NCBI GenBank assembly: GCA_964016885.1
Contig: OZ024747.1
Span: 69,812,001 to 69,876,000 of the forward strand
Direction: 5' to 3'
Source: Eledone cirrhosa
Taxonomy: Eukaryota
Length of the DNA stretch: 64,000 nt
The position numbers and the translations under genes are program-made. Of this stretch, positions 1 to 14,314 are shown one piece after another. Numbering within the stretch: position 1 is the first letter of the stretch; the number at the start of each line of letters is the position of its first letter. The notes under the pieces were generated by a model. It was not told where the DNA came from and made no database searches. It was given only the letters and a program-made list of their open reading frames with translations.

Positions 1-1188
1 AATAGAATACGCCATTCATAGTCTAATTTTGGTCATTTATCAAAATATTATAGTTCAGGATTTCACCATGAGAACAATCTCTCTTATAAAATATAATAAA
101 ATAATTTTATAATTATGGTATTATTCCTGGGTTAATTATATTTTGTATGTTATCTCTTCTTCAATCTTGGAAAATATAATATTTGAGGCAGCATAGAAGT
201 GATTAGTTATTAGCAAGACAACTATCTGATTTCGTTTTGTTTTCACATTGTACCAGTTTTATTTCCTTTATGTAGCTAATGCCCTTGAGAATGATATAAA
301 TGTCATGTGTTCATATTTTCCATTTCATATAAATCTAAATGTTTGAGCCTGTATAAGAAATAATTATTATAAAATGGATATTACTCTGCTGTTCTTATAT
401 TATGTGTTCATCAGCCTAGTTGAAAATGTTCCCCATTCTCATATAATGGTTGACGAATTAATATTGTTCCAATAGTTTATATGGATGTATTCAAATATTC
501 ATAACTAACCCACCCATGAAAGCCAAGTGTTTATTAAAAATTTCATCTACAATAACAATTTGCTTTGCTAGTTACAAATGTTCATAGCAAGTGTAGCTAG
601 TCATGATGAAACTTTCACAATTCTTCAACAAAGAATCATTCAGTAACTATGTATTCTTTAATTAAACTGAAGACACAGCATCCAGGTATATAAGCCAATT
701 AAAGTTTTCTTTTAGAATTCAGTTTTCCACTGCATCTGCAGCTGAAATCTATACCTACCAATACACATTCTCTCAGAATATCGCTTCATACCTACAAAAA
801 TCATTTATTTTATTAAGTCAAAGTATCAAGCTAGATACATATAATTCTAAAGAAGTTGTTATTGTTAGCCATGTGTAAATTCTGATTGAGGGACAACATA
901 TCTTAGTTTCAGTTAATCCTGTACTGTGTTTGTACAGATATCTATTTATCATATATGCAGGTTGTTTAGTAGATACCATGCTGACAAACACTATTTTTCC
1001 TCTTATTCAACCTTCCACTCTTCTCTTTCTCCTTCATTATTCCTTCTGAGGAACAACTCCCTATGGATTGAGACATTCTTGTTCCTTTTCCAGTTTCCAG
1101 CAAGGGTGGACCAAATAAGATTTGTGTAATTGTATCTTGGTAGTTATCTTCTTTAATCTTGAAATATATATATATACAAATATATATA

Positions 1189-1232
<44 letters not shown>

Positions 1233-1677
1233 AATATATATATAATTATAAGGGATAACAAAATATCGTTATAGGTAATCCAGTTCGAGGTTGTGAATAC
1301 TTCGCATTATGGATAGGTATCTTCCGACTTCATACTATAATTATATATATAATTATATATATATTTGTTATAAGAATAGATTAAAGTTTAAGCAAAGAAT
1401 TGCTGCTTTCACTCTTAACAGGATCTTTTGAAACTAAAAAATATCAGTCTGTGCATGCAGAAGTAAATTTTCGAAAAACGTTACAACTGAAGGAAAACAG
1501 GAAAACGATACTTTGGTTCGTGAAGACGTTCCTTGGCAATGAACGGAAAAAAGCGAGAGTAATTACGTCGTTATGTGGATCGATGGGAACTATTTGTTCT
1601 ACAGGCTCATATATATATTATATATATATAATCCTTATCAAGCTCTCTTCGGATTTTAGTCTTCACATTTATTATTA

Positions 1678-1851
1678 TTGGCAGTATCGGTAGAGGGTCG
1701 GACGCCATGCTTTCCAGCATAGTTACGTCCCTTTACGATCTGAGTTCAAATCCCGCCGAGGTTGACTTTGCCTTTCATCCTTACGGGGTCGATAAAATAA
1801 AGTACCAGTAATGCACTGGGTAATTGCTGGCCTTGTGCCTAAAGTAGAAAC

Positions 1852-1856
<5 letters not shown>
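1678..1856 (+). mobile_element. tRNA-derived SINE, family A
   Basis: A-box-like TGGCAGTATCGG, B-box-like GAGTTCAAATCC, central GCCTTTCATCCTTACGGGGTCGATAAAATAAAGTACCAG, end AGAAACAATTAT; more than 10 copies in the window. Confidence 0.9.
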
Positions 1857-1907
<51 letters not shown>

Positions 1908-2021
1908 AGTGTCAGGACCCCGACGGCTGAGTTCCGGCTGTTTTGACAGCTAGGTCCGAACTAAGCCACCAGTATTAGAACGGTGGAAATCTAGCTGAAA
2001 TTTTCAAGGGGTACAGAGTGT

Positions 2022-2162
2022 ATATAATAGAAAAAAGCGAGGAAGTTTTATTTACATATGAAACATATTTATTGTGTATCAATCTGTTACGTGCGTAACA
2101 GGTCGATACGCAATAAATATTTTTCATATGTAAACAAAACTTCCTCGTTTTTCTATTATATA
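2022..2162. repeat. Imperfect palindrome, arms about 70 bp
   Basis: atagaaaaaagcgaggaagttttatttacatatg... mirrored by ...catatgtaaacaaaacttcctcgtttttctat, centred on ttacgtgcgtaa; related to the repeats at 32281 and 33530. Confidence 0.8.
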
Positions 2163-2384
2163 TATATATATATATATGTGTGTGTATGCATGTATGTATA
2201 TGTATATATATACATATATATATGTGTGTGTGTGTATATATGCATGTATGTATATATACATACATGCATTCACACACACACACACACACACATATGTATA
2301 TATATATATATATGTGTGTGCGTGTGTGTATAGGTTTGTGTGCCTGTGACCAGTGTATATAGGTCACAGGCACACACACATGTA

Positions 2385-2433
<49 letters not shown>

Positions 2434-2897
2434 TCACACACACATATATATATGGGACTTCCAATTTCATTTTACATTATATATATGTCAGTGTATATTT
2501 TAATTATTTAAAACTTATTCTTAAGTGAATGATTTAAAAAAAACATTTTTAAGCGAACGTGACCCAACAGGTTACGTCACGTGTGGTCTAGTGTAGTTGT
2601 AATAAATACAAAGATTAAATCCAAAGAGGACGCAATAAGCATTGCACATATATATCCAGGTGAAAACAGAACAGATTTAAAGTCGAAGAAATGACCTAGC
2701 ATAACAGAAAAGTTCATGATGCTAGAATGATTAGGGAAATAGCAACTCAAAGAAATAGAGATTGAAAAAAATGAGTGTCAGACTTGAAAAATGATTGGTG
2801 CAGGTGATATGATCAGTTAAAATACTTTCGGTGGGGAAACATATACATGATCAAATGACAGAAAGAAGTAATAAAAAAATAAAGAGTATTTGTATAA

Positions 2898-3095
2898 ATC
2901 ATCATCCTCATCATCATTTTACGTTCGCTTTTCCCTGCTTGCAAGGGTGGGACGGGTCCTATTCAGCACAGCATCTCTTCACTTATCGTGGTCCTTCGTC
3001 ATCTCCTCCGTGAGCTTCAGCAATCTGAGATCCGCTCTCATCACCTCCGCCCATATTTTTCGTGGTCTTCCTTTACTGCGTCTTCCTTCTACTGT
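2898..3095 (-). mobile_element. RTE LINE 3'-end fragment with short UTR and (GAT)n tail
   Basis: Minus strand encodes GRPRKIWAEVMRADL, matching the C-terminus of the large RTE; similar copy at 30707-30875 (+). Confidence 0.8.
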
Positions 3096-3563
3096 GTATA
3101 TATGTATGTATGTATAAATATATTTATTAGCAAATATCTTCAACATTTACATATCTACATACATGAAATAAAAGAAGAACTGATGCTTCCAGTACTACCT
3201 ATAATATTTACAAATTTTAATTACATAATGCAATAGTGGCATCTCTAGTTATTACATGCAGTTGCTATATATATGTATTGACATTTTTTAGCTTGTCTAA
3301 TACCTATTCATTTTCAAGTATGGAATACATTGAATATTCTGCTAATTTATATATATTGTTGTTTGTGTATACACACACACACATAAACATATATATACTT
3401 ATTCATTTATATTATATAAGTATATATATATATGCTTATATATACATATACATATAAATATATATATATAATGATATTAAATAAATGGAAAGTATATTTA
3501 TTTATGAATCAGTTATAAACATTTATATTTGTTGAATTACCAACAAATTAAATATCCCTTCTG

Positions 3564-3642
<79 letters not shown>

Positions 3643-3904
3643 GAACGAGTAGGACCCTGACGGCTGAGCTCAAGCCGTTTCGACGGCTAATTCTGGACGC
3701 TTTGGTGCGTTATGGTCCATCTGGTTCCTTACCACATTTCCTTCGTTATATATATATATATAGTACCACTCCACATAAATTCCCCAATTTAAGAATGACC
3801 TGTAGTATCGAATTTCATACTATAAACCTCAATTGAATATATATCTGACCAGGAATGCTTTTTGTGAAAATCAGTCATATGGAACTATTGTCATTTTGCC
3901 TGAC

Positions 3905-4182
3905 GGTTTGAACTTTACAACACCACCTGCTTCTTTGAGGTCAAATACCAACCCTACTAGCATATACAAACTGACCAATGAGAATTAAAACTATTCCTGC
4001 TGACAACACTAAATTATTCCTAACAAGCTCATATGTCCCAAGGCTCTGATACCATCAACACCATAAACACAGAGCTGGCATATCTAAGAACTGACTAACT
4101 GCCTGATGAGGTCATCATCGAAATATATATAGCAGTAAATAAAGGATTATGAGTTCATGCAATTGACTTATGTTTCGTCACT
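3905..4182 (+). mobile_element. Short HHR-bearing repeat (Penelope pLTR-like); second copy 51281-51572 (-)
   Basis: Near-identical sequence at two loci, both ending at (TA)n; contains CTGATGA...GAAA core followed by AATAAA. Confidence 0.75.
4098..4136 (+). ncRNA. Minimal type I hammerhead ribozyme motif (stem II partly deleted)
   Basis: ACTGC-CTGATGA-GGTCATCATC-GAAA-TATATATA-GCAGT; stem I ACUGC/GCAGU. Confidence 0.65.
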
Positions 4183-4446
4183 ATATATATATATATATAT
4201 ATATATACAAATAAAGATTCAGCGAGAATCGCATTTTCGGCGGGCAGGAAAAGCGAAGCGAAACGCAAAAATCAGAAACGATACTGGTAAAATGATCAAT
4301 AGTTAAAAACCAGAGCTAAACAATGTGTTAAGAAGCCATACAAAACTGAAAAAGTGGTCAAGAAAGCATTAACCACCCAAGCCAAAAACCAAATCAAGCT
4401 AAACAGGTCAAAACAAAATAAATGATAAAAAATAAGTGATAACTTA

Positions 4447-4522
<76 letters not shown>

Positions 4523-4529
<7 letters not shown>

Positions 4530-5293
4530 ACATGGCGTGCTGCGTGGTTGCAAATGGGTTACATATGAATAAATTTAGTCCTTCATCAGTGATCTTTCAG
4601 CCTTCATTGGTATTTCATCGCTTTAAAGACCATATACCCCTGGTTGGTGCAAGCAACGGCTAAAGAAAGTCGTTGGGACACGTAAATAAGGGGAACGAGC
4701 GAGACTGTAAACAATCAAAGATGGTAATGCAACGACAAGTGAGGAAGAAGGAGTCAAGTCCCTGAAATCGATGAACATAAGTTCTGTGAAACCGTGGACG
4801 AGAGAGAATAAAGACCATCAAACCTGGTCGAAATGTGAGCAAGGAAAGAATTTCGCACAGGTCAAACGGGAGGAAGAAGGAGTCAAGTCCCTGAAATCGG
4901 TGAACATAAGTTCTGTGAAATCGTAGACGAGAGAGAATAAAGAACAACCGAACTGGTCAAAGTGTGCGTCAGGAAAGAATTTCGCACAGGTCAAACGGGA
5001 GGAAGTAGGAGAGGGAGTAGCAGAGAGTGAGTGAGTGAAAGGTGAGGAAGAGACTAACAGAGAGAGTGACTGTTAGAGGAGGTAAAGGGAAGTGAGAGAT
5101 ACAGAGAAAAGAGGAAGCAGTAAGAAAGAAACAGACGGGTCACAGCGGAGGAAAATATATATATGAATATGAAAACATGGCGTGCTGCGTGGTTGCAAAT
5201 GGGTTACATATGAATAAATTTAGTCCTTCATCAGTGATCTGCCAACCTTCATTGGCATTTCATCGCTTTGTGACCCGTCTGTTTCTTTCTTAC
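4523..5293 (-). mobile_element. Penelope-pLTR-like fragment with direct and inverted duplications
   Basis: About 100-bp direct repeats 4523-4625 and 5168-5269; internal tandem duplication about 4742-5005; 5270-5293 is the reverse complement of 5120-5143; CTGATGAAGGAC on the minus strand. Confidence 0.5.
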
Positions 5294-5682
5294 ACCAATC
5301 GTCCTTTGCCTGTGTATTTTTGCTTGTGATTTTTTTTTGCTTGTGATTATTTTGCTTTTACTTATACCTGTTACACTTCCAACCAGTGATGCCTGTAATT
5401 GTGTTATTTCAAGCGGAACATCTTTTTAACTCCTGACTCTGCACATGATGCCTTTGACACTAGTAACAATTATGTACCCTAAATGTTCTAAATGACTAGG
5501 ATTCTAGTTACACGTTTTCGACATTCCTTATGCTCCGATGATTCCAGACCTCTGGAAGAAACAATTGTCAGCTAATAAATGTTCTAAACTAAAATTTGAT
5601 CGTTTTAACACTTTGTATATATATATACATATATATATATATACATATATATATACATATATATATACATATATACATACAA

Positions 5683-5715
<33 letters not shown>

Positions 5716-5822
5716 CATACACATATATATATACATAAATATATATATACATACATATATATATATTTATATGTATATATATACATATATATACATATAT
5801 ATATATTCACATACATATATAT

Positions 5823-5889
<67 letters not shown>

Positions 5890-6004
5890 GAAGAGGGCTT
5901 TTAACTAAGTATATGAGTTCAAATCTCACAGTTGTAAAAGTTATATTTGTAGTGTGAACATAAAGTATGTTTTAACATTTACTTCAACAATTAAAACACA
6001 TCAT

Positions 6005-6140
6005 ACACACACATGTATATCATGACTCATACACTGTTCTTTTTCCTGACATTTGAACATTATTCTATGTACTATACATGCACCTTTGATGAGTTGTAGT
6101 TCACCTGAGCACTGTACACAATAATTTCATTACTATTACT
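6005..6140 (+). repeat. Interspersed repeat 3' end (LINE-tail-like); second copy 58665-58792 (-)
   Basis: catgtatatcatgactcatacactgttc...gagcactgtacacaataatttcatta present at both loci. Confidence 0.7.
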
Positions 6141-6281
6141 ATGCTATGTTAACTGTTAGTCGTGTATATTCGGTTTTTTTTTTCATATATTAAAAATTCC
6201 TTGTAAGAAGCAGAGTAATAATTTATTATATACTCTAAATATTTGTACGATTTATATAGAAAATAATTAATGCTTATAAAG

Positions 6282-6317
<36 letters not shown>

Positions 6318-6399
6318 TGTATTGAAGTTTGCTTGAAGCATTGTGGAATAATAAGGTAAATTTCTTTAAGTCGTTTGGAAGCCTCGACAATGCAAATTT

Positions 6400-6709
6400 A
6401 AATAAATAAACTAAATAAAGATGACGTAGGCATATAATACAACGGGAGGAAATATAATAGCACCACTGACGATGTTGCAGATGTGCAACGAAAGAACTTT
6501 GTTAGACTATATATATGTGTTTGTGTCTATATTGTATCTGTATTTTTGACCGTTGGTCAGTCAATGGTAACATTGAGGACTGAATAAATTAAATTAACCG
6601 ATATAAAAGACACAGAAGCGAAAACCAACCAAACAGTGAGTGTGTTATGTTATTAATTCTGGCAATAATATTACACAAATATGACCCCCCCCCCCCCCCA
6701 AGTATAACA

Positions 6710-6712
<3 letters not shown>
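6400..6712 (+). mobile_element. HHR-bearing repeat family ending GACCCTCCCAAAGTATAACAAT
   Basis: Related pieces at 10525-11025, 18770-18998, 33868-33956, 34372-34670 (-), 40103-40365, 50820-51002 (-), 62699-62720; core CTGACGA-TGTTGCA-GATG-TGCAAC-GAAA at 6466-6493. Confidence 0.75.
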
Positions 6713-6960
<248 letters not shown>

Positions 6961-7296
6961 CATGTACATATATATATTTATATATGTACATATATATACA
7001 TATATTTATACATACACATATATATATATATATATATATACATACACACACACACACACACACATATATATATGTGTGTGTGTGTGTATGTGTATAGTAT
7101 TATTGATGATGATTATGAAGATGCTTCCCATCAGCAGGTTGAGCCTAATTATTTTGATGCTAAATTCCTTGTGTATTTCTCATGTAATGTATCATGCTAC
7201 ACCCATTCAAATCCATTCTTACATTTTATGACACAACCTTATAGTTTGATACATTATATAAAATAAATTTTGTAGTGCAATAATTAGCTCTTGCAA

Positions 7297-7391
7297 CATC
7301 ATCATCATCGTCATCACCACCACCACCACCACCAGCGCCATCATCATCATCATCATCATCATTATTATTATTATTTCTATTATTATTATCA

Positions 7392-7447
<56 letters not shown>
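7297..7447. repeat. Compound trinucleotide microsatellite (CAT)n(CAC)n(CAT)n(TAT)n
   Basis: Directly visible. Confidence 0.95.
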
Positions 7448-8178
7448 GTACCAGTATTATTAATGGTATTTTTAACTCATAATAATATTTCTTCATTACA
7501 CCTCTGATATGTCAAAGCAAACTGTTGGCTGTTGTATATTGATGTAGTCAGTGTTATGTAATAGTGAGATGTCTGCAAGTATTAACATAACAGGCAGGTA
7601 GTATTTGGTCATCTAGTAGTAAATAGCCCTGCCTTTAATTTATGCTTCTCATCACACCTTACTCACAGGGCTTCAGCCATCTTGTATTTTCATTTCCCCA
7701 CGTAATCATAATCTTAATGATTTTGACTGGCAGATATTATTTTAAAAATATATCCTCTACAGCTTTGTTTATATTTTCCCTTTTATTTCATGTCTTTTAT
7801 ATAATCTTTTTCTCTTCACATATATCTGTCTCTTTCTAAATTTTTATTCAAAATTTCATAAATTCAAATCCCCCATCACCACAACTGTCACCACACATTT
7901 ATGTGATATACTCAGAAAAACTAGTAGTAGCACTTTAATATGCAGTGGGATAATAAAGAGAAAAATGATTTTCTGAACTAAAATATTAATTTTATTGTAA
8001 TTCTGGTGTATTTTGTTGTGTTAAAACTCTAATTATATAGAATTTAAATTCATGTATATATATATAAATGTAAATTCTATGTAATTAGGGTTGTAAAATT
8101 TTCAATCAACATGTTTTGAATTTTTACATATCTAAGTTGCTTACAAAGCAATGTTAGACTTTCCTAAATACACACATA

Positions 8179-8183
<5 letters not shown>

Positions 8184-8261
<78 letters not shown>

Positions 8262-8264
8262 ACA
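8184..8264. repeat. (CA)n microsatellite; another at 31878-31952
   Basis: Directly visible. Confidence 0.97.
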
Positions 8265-8744
8265 TATATATATATATATATACATGCATACACATGTATA
8301 TATATATATATGATGATGATGATGCTGTATATATATGTGAACAAATAATTATTGGTTGAAGATGCAACTATTTGGCAGAGGAATGGCCTCAGTTGAACAT
8401 TGGACAATATGCTTTGTGGTATAGAATTACAGCCCTTTTTGCTTTGAGTTCAAATACCACTGAGGTTAGCTTTGCTGTTCCTCCTTACAGGGTGAATAAA
8501 ATAAAGTACCAGTAATGTACTGGGGCCAATTTAATCGACTTTTCCCACCCCAAAATTGTTGGCCTTATGCCTAAATCAGAAACCATTATTTTGAAAAGTG
8601 AAATACTGTGTTTACCGAAAGAATCATGTTTATTTCATTTCTACTTTACTAACCGATTTTTGCTCACATGGGCTCTTCGAAATTGTAATTTTCAAAGTTA
8701 CATTTGTGCTGTTGTGTATTTTGACATATCATTATATATCTCCA

Positions 8745-8925
8745 CGATGGCCCTCGGAAGTCTCCCCCTTATTGGGGAATTTTTCATTGTTCTTTTTTTG
8801 TTACATCCTCTGTTTTTTGTTTTTTTACATGCAGAAATGCCCATTTGCAACGTCCTGTATTGTCTTGTACTGTCCTTAATGTCTACTTTGTGTAAACCCT
8901 TGTGGTTAATAAAGAAAGCATTATA
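8745..8925 (+). mobile_element. Tx1/L1-like 3' UTR fragment
   Basis: ccccttattggggaattt...cccttgtggttaataaagaaa resembles the 3' UTR of the element at 56345-56480 (-). Confidence 0.55.
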
Positions 8926-9459
8926 TATCTAGCTATATATATATATGTGTGTGGGTGAGCATGCATGTGTATGTATGAAGGTATATATGTATACATGTAC
9001 ATACTTGTCCCCCACAATTAATCATATCTACACTGCTTAATGCAGCAAGAAACAGAAAAAGGGAATTAACTACTGTGTTTTTCATACTTGACTATAATTA
9101 TCTTTTCCTCCTTTTCTTTTTTCCCCCTTCTCTCTCTCCTGTATTTATTCTCTTTTTAGATTCTCTCAAACTCATTCCTTTTCTTTCTCCCCCCCCCCCA
9201 ACTTCTAACTCTCTAACATGTCCCTCTTCATTCCCTACTTTCTGCTCCAATCCCTCTTTTTGTAGTTGGCTTATTACTCTAAATGTAAGAATGGAAATGT
9301 GAAAAAGAAGTTAGTTGAATTTGTGCCTACATAAACAATGATAGAGGCCTGGAGAATTGTGGTGCGTGGTATTGTAGATCAATATATAACAAGAATGTGG
9401 CTTCTCAGCCTTTAGCTAAGGCCAAAATATAGTTTCAAATTTGAAAGACTAAATTTCCA

Positions 9460-9498
<39 letters not shown>

Positions 9499-9604
9499 TT
9501 TAATAAGAGATGTCAACATGAATGGACCTGTTATTTTTATATAAAGACATTTTTTCCAATTCCACCCCGCCAGTCCCCCTCAATCTATGTTATTTCTCAT
9601 TCTT

Positions 9605-9640
9605 TCTTCTGATGAAGGATTAGTGTCCGAAACGTTAAGA
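9605..9640 (+). ncRNA. Minimal type I hammerhead ribozyme motif (Penelope type)
   Basis: TCTT-CTGATGA-A-GGA-TTAGTG-TCC-GAAA-CG-TT-AAGA; stem I UCUU/AAGA, stem II GGA/UCC, palindromic ACGU stem III. Confidence 0.8.
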
Positions 9641-9818
9641 CCCTCTTCCTTCTATTTCAAGCATTAACCTAATGTATTCCTTCCATATACTGTACCAGAG
9701 ATGATGAAGGACTGTGACGAGTGGAGAGATGTTGTGCTGAATAGGACCTGTCCCATCCTTGCAAGCAAGGAAAAGCAGACGTAAAATGTTGATGATGACG
9801 ATGATATATATATATTTA

Positions 9819-9903
<85 letters not shown>

Positions 9904-10413
9904 GTCTCAAAAATCTACCATGCTTCCTGGAGGCTGAAGGTTGTTTATCATTTTTTTTCAAATTTTTGGTTGTCACAATTAGGGTGTGTCCTCAAGGACG
10001 AAGTGTCTTCGGCACCAGGAAATACGGTATATATGCGTGTGTGCATGTGGGTATGTGTGTGTATGTGTGTATGTGTATATATATAGGAAAAAGAAGTTGA
10101 AAATGCAATTGAAGTTTTTATGAAGGATTATTTACAATAACGTATTACAGCACTGGTTTCACAAATTCAGGATTTATGTTGTGATGGAAAGATCTGTAGA
10201 TATATATACACATAGCTCACATCATATACATATATATGTAAAAGTGGTTGCAGTCGGGAAAGGTATCCAGCCGTAGAAAACCTGCCAAATAGTCCAATAC
10301 GAGTGAGACACGGTCACCTGACAAACCTTGCCTCAAGTGGGACAATTCCTTTCTAACCCATGCTAGCATGAAAGATATATGTTAAATGATGATGATGGTG
10401 ATGATGATGATGA

Positions 10414-10466
<53 letters not shown>

Positions 10467-11025
10467 AATATATGTGTATGTATATATGTATATGTAAATA
10501 TATGTGTATGTATATATATTTATATATTGTTATACTTTGGGAGGGTCATGTTGCCAATCAGAATCACACACACCAGTTGCTTTCACTACAATTTATTATA
10601 AATTAAAAAATTAAAAATTAAATTTTTTTATAAATTTCCGGATGTAAATAAACAAATAAATAAACAAACAGACATCCAGATGCAACACATGCACAAACTA
10701 AGCACACAACACACACACAAAAACAAGATGGCATAGGACAGAACAAAGGAGAGGCACAATACTAAGAAAAGAATCCCCAGTCACCGAAGAGGTCACAGAA
10801 TGTGTGACGAAAGAACTTTGATAATATATGAACAGTTGTGGAACCAACCAACCAACCGGAAATTTATTAAAAAAAAAAAATTTTTTTTAATTTATAATAA
10901 ATTGGAGTGAAAGCTACTGGTGCGTGTGTTTCTTATTGGCAACATGACCCTCCCAAAGTATAACAATATCGGTTTCAACACACGTTTTCAGATAAAGAAT
11001 CTTGCTAAACAAATTCAGAAACGAA

Positions 11026-11056
<31 letters not shown>

Positions 11057-11058
11057 TG

Positions 11059-11480
11059 GAGGTACATGGCTTAATGGTTTCAAAAGGTTGTGAGTTCAAT
11101 TTTCGGACCAGGTGATGTGTTGTTTCCTTGAACAAGACATTTTATTTCACATTGCTCCAGGTTACTCAGCTGTAATAAGATGATAGGACTAGGTTCCCTA
11201 TCATTCCACTGCAAAGTGGTCGTGGAGGTGCCACGGCAAAAAAGCACCCAGCCCACACTGTAATGTGGACGTGTAGGCGTCACAGAAAAAAAGCAGCCAG
11301 CACTCACTGTAAATAAGGTTGGTGTTAGGAAAGGCATCCAGCTGTAGAATTCAAGCCAGAATCAGTTCCTGTATGAGCAAGGCAAGGTCAGCCGACTGGA
11401 CACTGCCCACAACAGGACAACCCGTCTAACTCATGCTAGCGTGGAAGAACGGACGTAAAACAGTGACGATGATGATGATA
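11059..11480 (+). mobile_element. tRNA-derived SINE, family B, with RTE-type tail
   Basis: TGGCTTAATGG A-box, GAGTTCAATTT B-box-like, TCCTTGAACAAGACATTT core, 3' tail shared with the RTE copy at 23500-23777, (GAT)n end. Confidence 0.85.
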
Positions 11481-11949
11481 TATATGTATATATATATATA
11501 TATGTATATATGCATATGTATATATACACTATCTGGGTAAAACTTGAATCGTTAAGGTCTCACTCCTGGATATGTCAATATTTCTAAAACAAACTTTGTA
11601 TTTTATCTGATGAAGGTCCACCAAAGTTTTGGTACCCTTGAAATATATATAATAGAATAAATATGGTTTTATAAATATAGTCTCCATTTATTAATATCAT
11701 TGACATATATATATATATATTTTTTTTTATTTCTTTTAGTGGTTTTAGTCAATAGTCTGTGGCTCTGCCACATCATGTTTACTGTACAATATTTGCCAAA
11801 ATAAACATCATAGTCATTGTGGTAATTGTTTATCTCTCTCACATCCCCCTCTCTCTCTCTCTCTGTATATATATATATACAGTATATATATGCCTATATA
11901 TATATGTGTGACTGAGACTGTAAAGCTTAATTTAAATATATGCATTGTT

Positions 11950-12548
11950 TGTATATAGATATGTAAATATGCCAAATATATGTATTTCCCTGTAAATTGA
12001 ACAAATGATAAACACCTTTAACTGGTGCTCAAGCCCAGTTGAGCTTTCATTAGATGGCATATATATCATCTAGACATCCACAAGGAAATATGTAATTCAG
12101 GGGTTATATAGCCTATCCCTTATAGTAGTATCCTGAAATGGGTACTAATTTGCATATTATTATCGCCATTGTTGGTAGTTAATTAAGATATATTTTAAGT
12201 TATGTGCTAAGCAGCTAAACTATATGAAAAAGTTATATCTATATATATATCTTTACACAGTCTGGGTTACAGCTATTCTGTACATATAAAAATATAAATT
12301 TAAAATATACTTTAGCTACTTAGCACCTAACAATATAATCTTAATTATGAGCATGAGGATTAATAATATGCAAATTAATACATCTATTTTAAAATATTAC
12401 TCATAGTGATAGGTATATAATTTCCTAAATTTTGTATTTTCTAGAGGTTGTTCTACTACATTTGAAAACCAAATAAAAATGTTTATCATCATTTCCAATT
12501 TACAGTGAAATACATACTGTATATTTGGCATGTAAATATCTATATATA
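11950..12548. mobile_element. Old foldback/MITE-like element, about 600 bp with long degenerate inverted arms
   Basis: tatagatatgtaaatatgccaaatata...aaatgataaaca mirrored at 12480-12545; taatttgcatattatta mirrored by taataatatgcaaatta; gtgctaagcagctaaa mirrored by tttagctacttagcac. Confidence 0.7.
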
Positions 12549-13313
12549 CTAAAATGTGTAAATTTATATTGACATTTAAGTTATTTCTATTTGATATATA
12601 CTTAAATATAAATGTATCATATACGTTGGCTGCTTAGTACACAACTTTATATATATATATATACTTTTAAATCTCTCTCTCTCTCTTAATGTGTGTATGT
12701 GTGTGCATATATATATATATACATATATATATATATTTATATATATATATATATATATATATTCATACATAGGCAGTGCATGCATTTGGCAGAATCGTTA
12801 GAACATCAGATAGAGTGCTTGGCAGTATTCATTCCAGCACTCTTCTCTCTGAGTTCAAATTCTGGTGAGGACAATGATAAAAGAACCAGTCCAGTACTTA
12901 GGTTGATTCTTCCTCTATATATCTTTCTCACTTTCTTTTTCTCACTCTCTTATCTTTTCTGGAAGAAATCTGCTGTGTTCAGAGATGGAGAGGAATCGGC
13001 TCCACTAGGTTTAAAATGCTAAAGAAATGCTCTATGCCACTACAGCACCCCTACAACTCCATTAGGAGTTATGGCACTATCATATCACATTGCTATCTAT
13101 ATAGACACAGAGGATCTATAAAAGTGGGGTTTAGCCAGTACTCTCAGCATCATCGAGAGAGGAATCCCCCACCACCTTCTCAGTGTCTGAAACCAGTCTT
13201 GTTTCACCTTGCCAAATTTCTTTGTAACCCTGTACATATGTGCATGGGGTTGGTGGGTGTATGGATGGAGAAGTGCATGTGTGTATGCTTGTGCACTCTT
13301 GTATCAGTGTGCA

Positions 13314-13344
<31 letters not shown>

Positions 13345-14314
13345 ACATTCTGACACCCAGACACAGATACACATTTATGTATGTATAATCACTGCTTAAT
13401 AATAATTGTTTAATTGATAAGGGTAATTAATTGTTCTATTTATCCTTGAAAATTATTGAGTATAATGCATTTCCTTCGTTAAACTAAAATCCCTGAGGTC
13501 AATCTAGACCATATTATTTCAGATTTACCTTCAACTAAATTTATTTTCTGATATGAGAACAGTTCGATATCGTGTCTCACAATGTCAGATCTCACTCACC
13601 CCATAGCAATTTTTTCTCAGTTACTTGTTAAGTAGAAACTGTTAATTATTGTTCATACCATGTCATTAACACTATACTTATCTCTTTGATATGGAGATTA
13701 TAATGTCAGGGAATTTGCTACTGGAGTTAATAAGTGTATGTATTCATTTTCAGTCAACCTGAAGCAATAAAATAAAAAAAAAAACAATAAAGCATGGAAA
13801 CACATTCATATGGAAAAATGAAATTGAATTTATGATAGTTTTATTGTTGTTGTTCTTGTTTTGTTCTCTTTCATATCTGATCAAGCAACTGGCCCATGAT
13901 CAACAGTTTTCAGACATTGCATCTGGGACTACATTATTCAATCTGATAGTAAGATATATGAGGTAGATTTGACTAGAATTTCCCTTGATAACTTGATGAT
14001 GGTTTAGATGGTTTTAAGGATATAAATCCATTAAGGATATAAGGGTAACATCCATGTATTAGTATCAACAAGAAATCGAAGCTAGATCATGCACCACTCC
14101 CCAGACTACAATGAGTTGACTGTTTGCAGTACAAAGACAGATATTTCACAATGGATGCAAATGTTTATCAATGTTCAGACAAGAAATCCTAGTAATGCCA
14201 CCTTAGAATTGTAATCATTGCAGAAAGAATAAGTTACTTCACAGCCACAGATTAAGGTTAATTATATGGTATGAATTACTAATAGTTAACACCCCCCATA
14301 CCCACCCCCAGGAG

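Noticed and set aside
5528-5886. Numerous IYIY/HTHT/VCVC ORFs throughout the ORF track
   Set aside because: Translations of stop-free dinucleotide microsatellites
7291-7482. Poly-His/poly-Tyr ORF
   Set aside because: Compound trinucleotide repeat with a TTG start and no gene context
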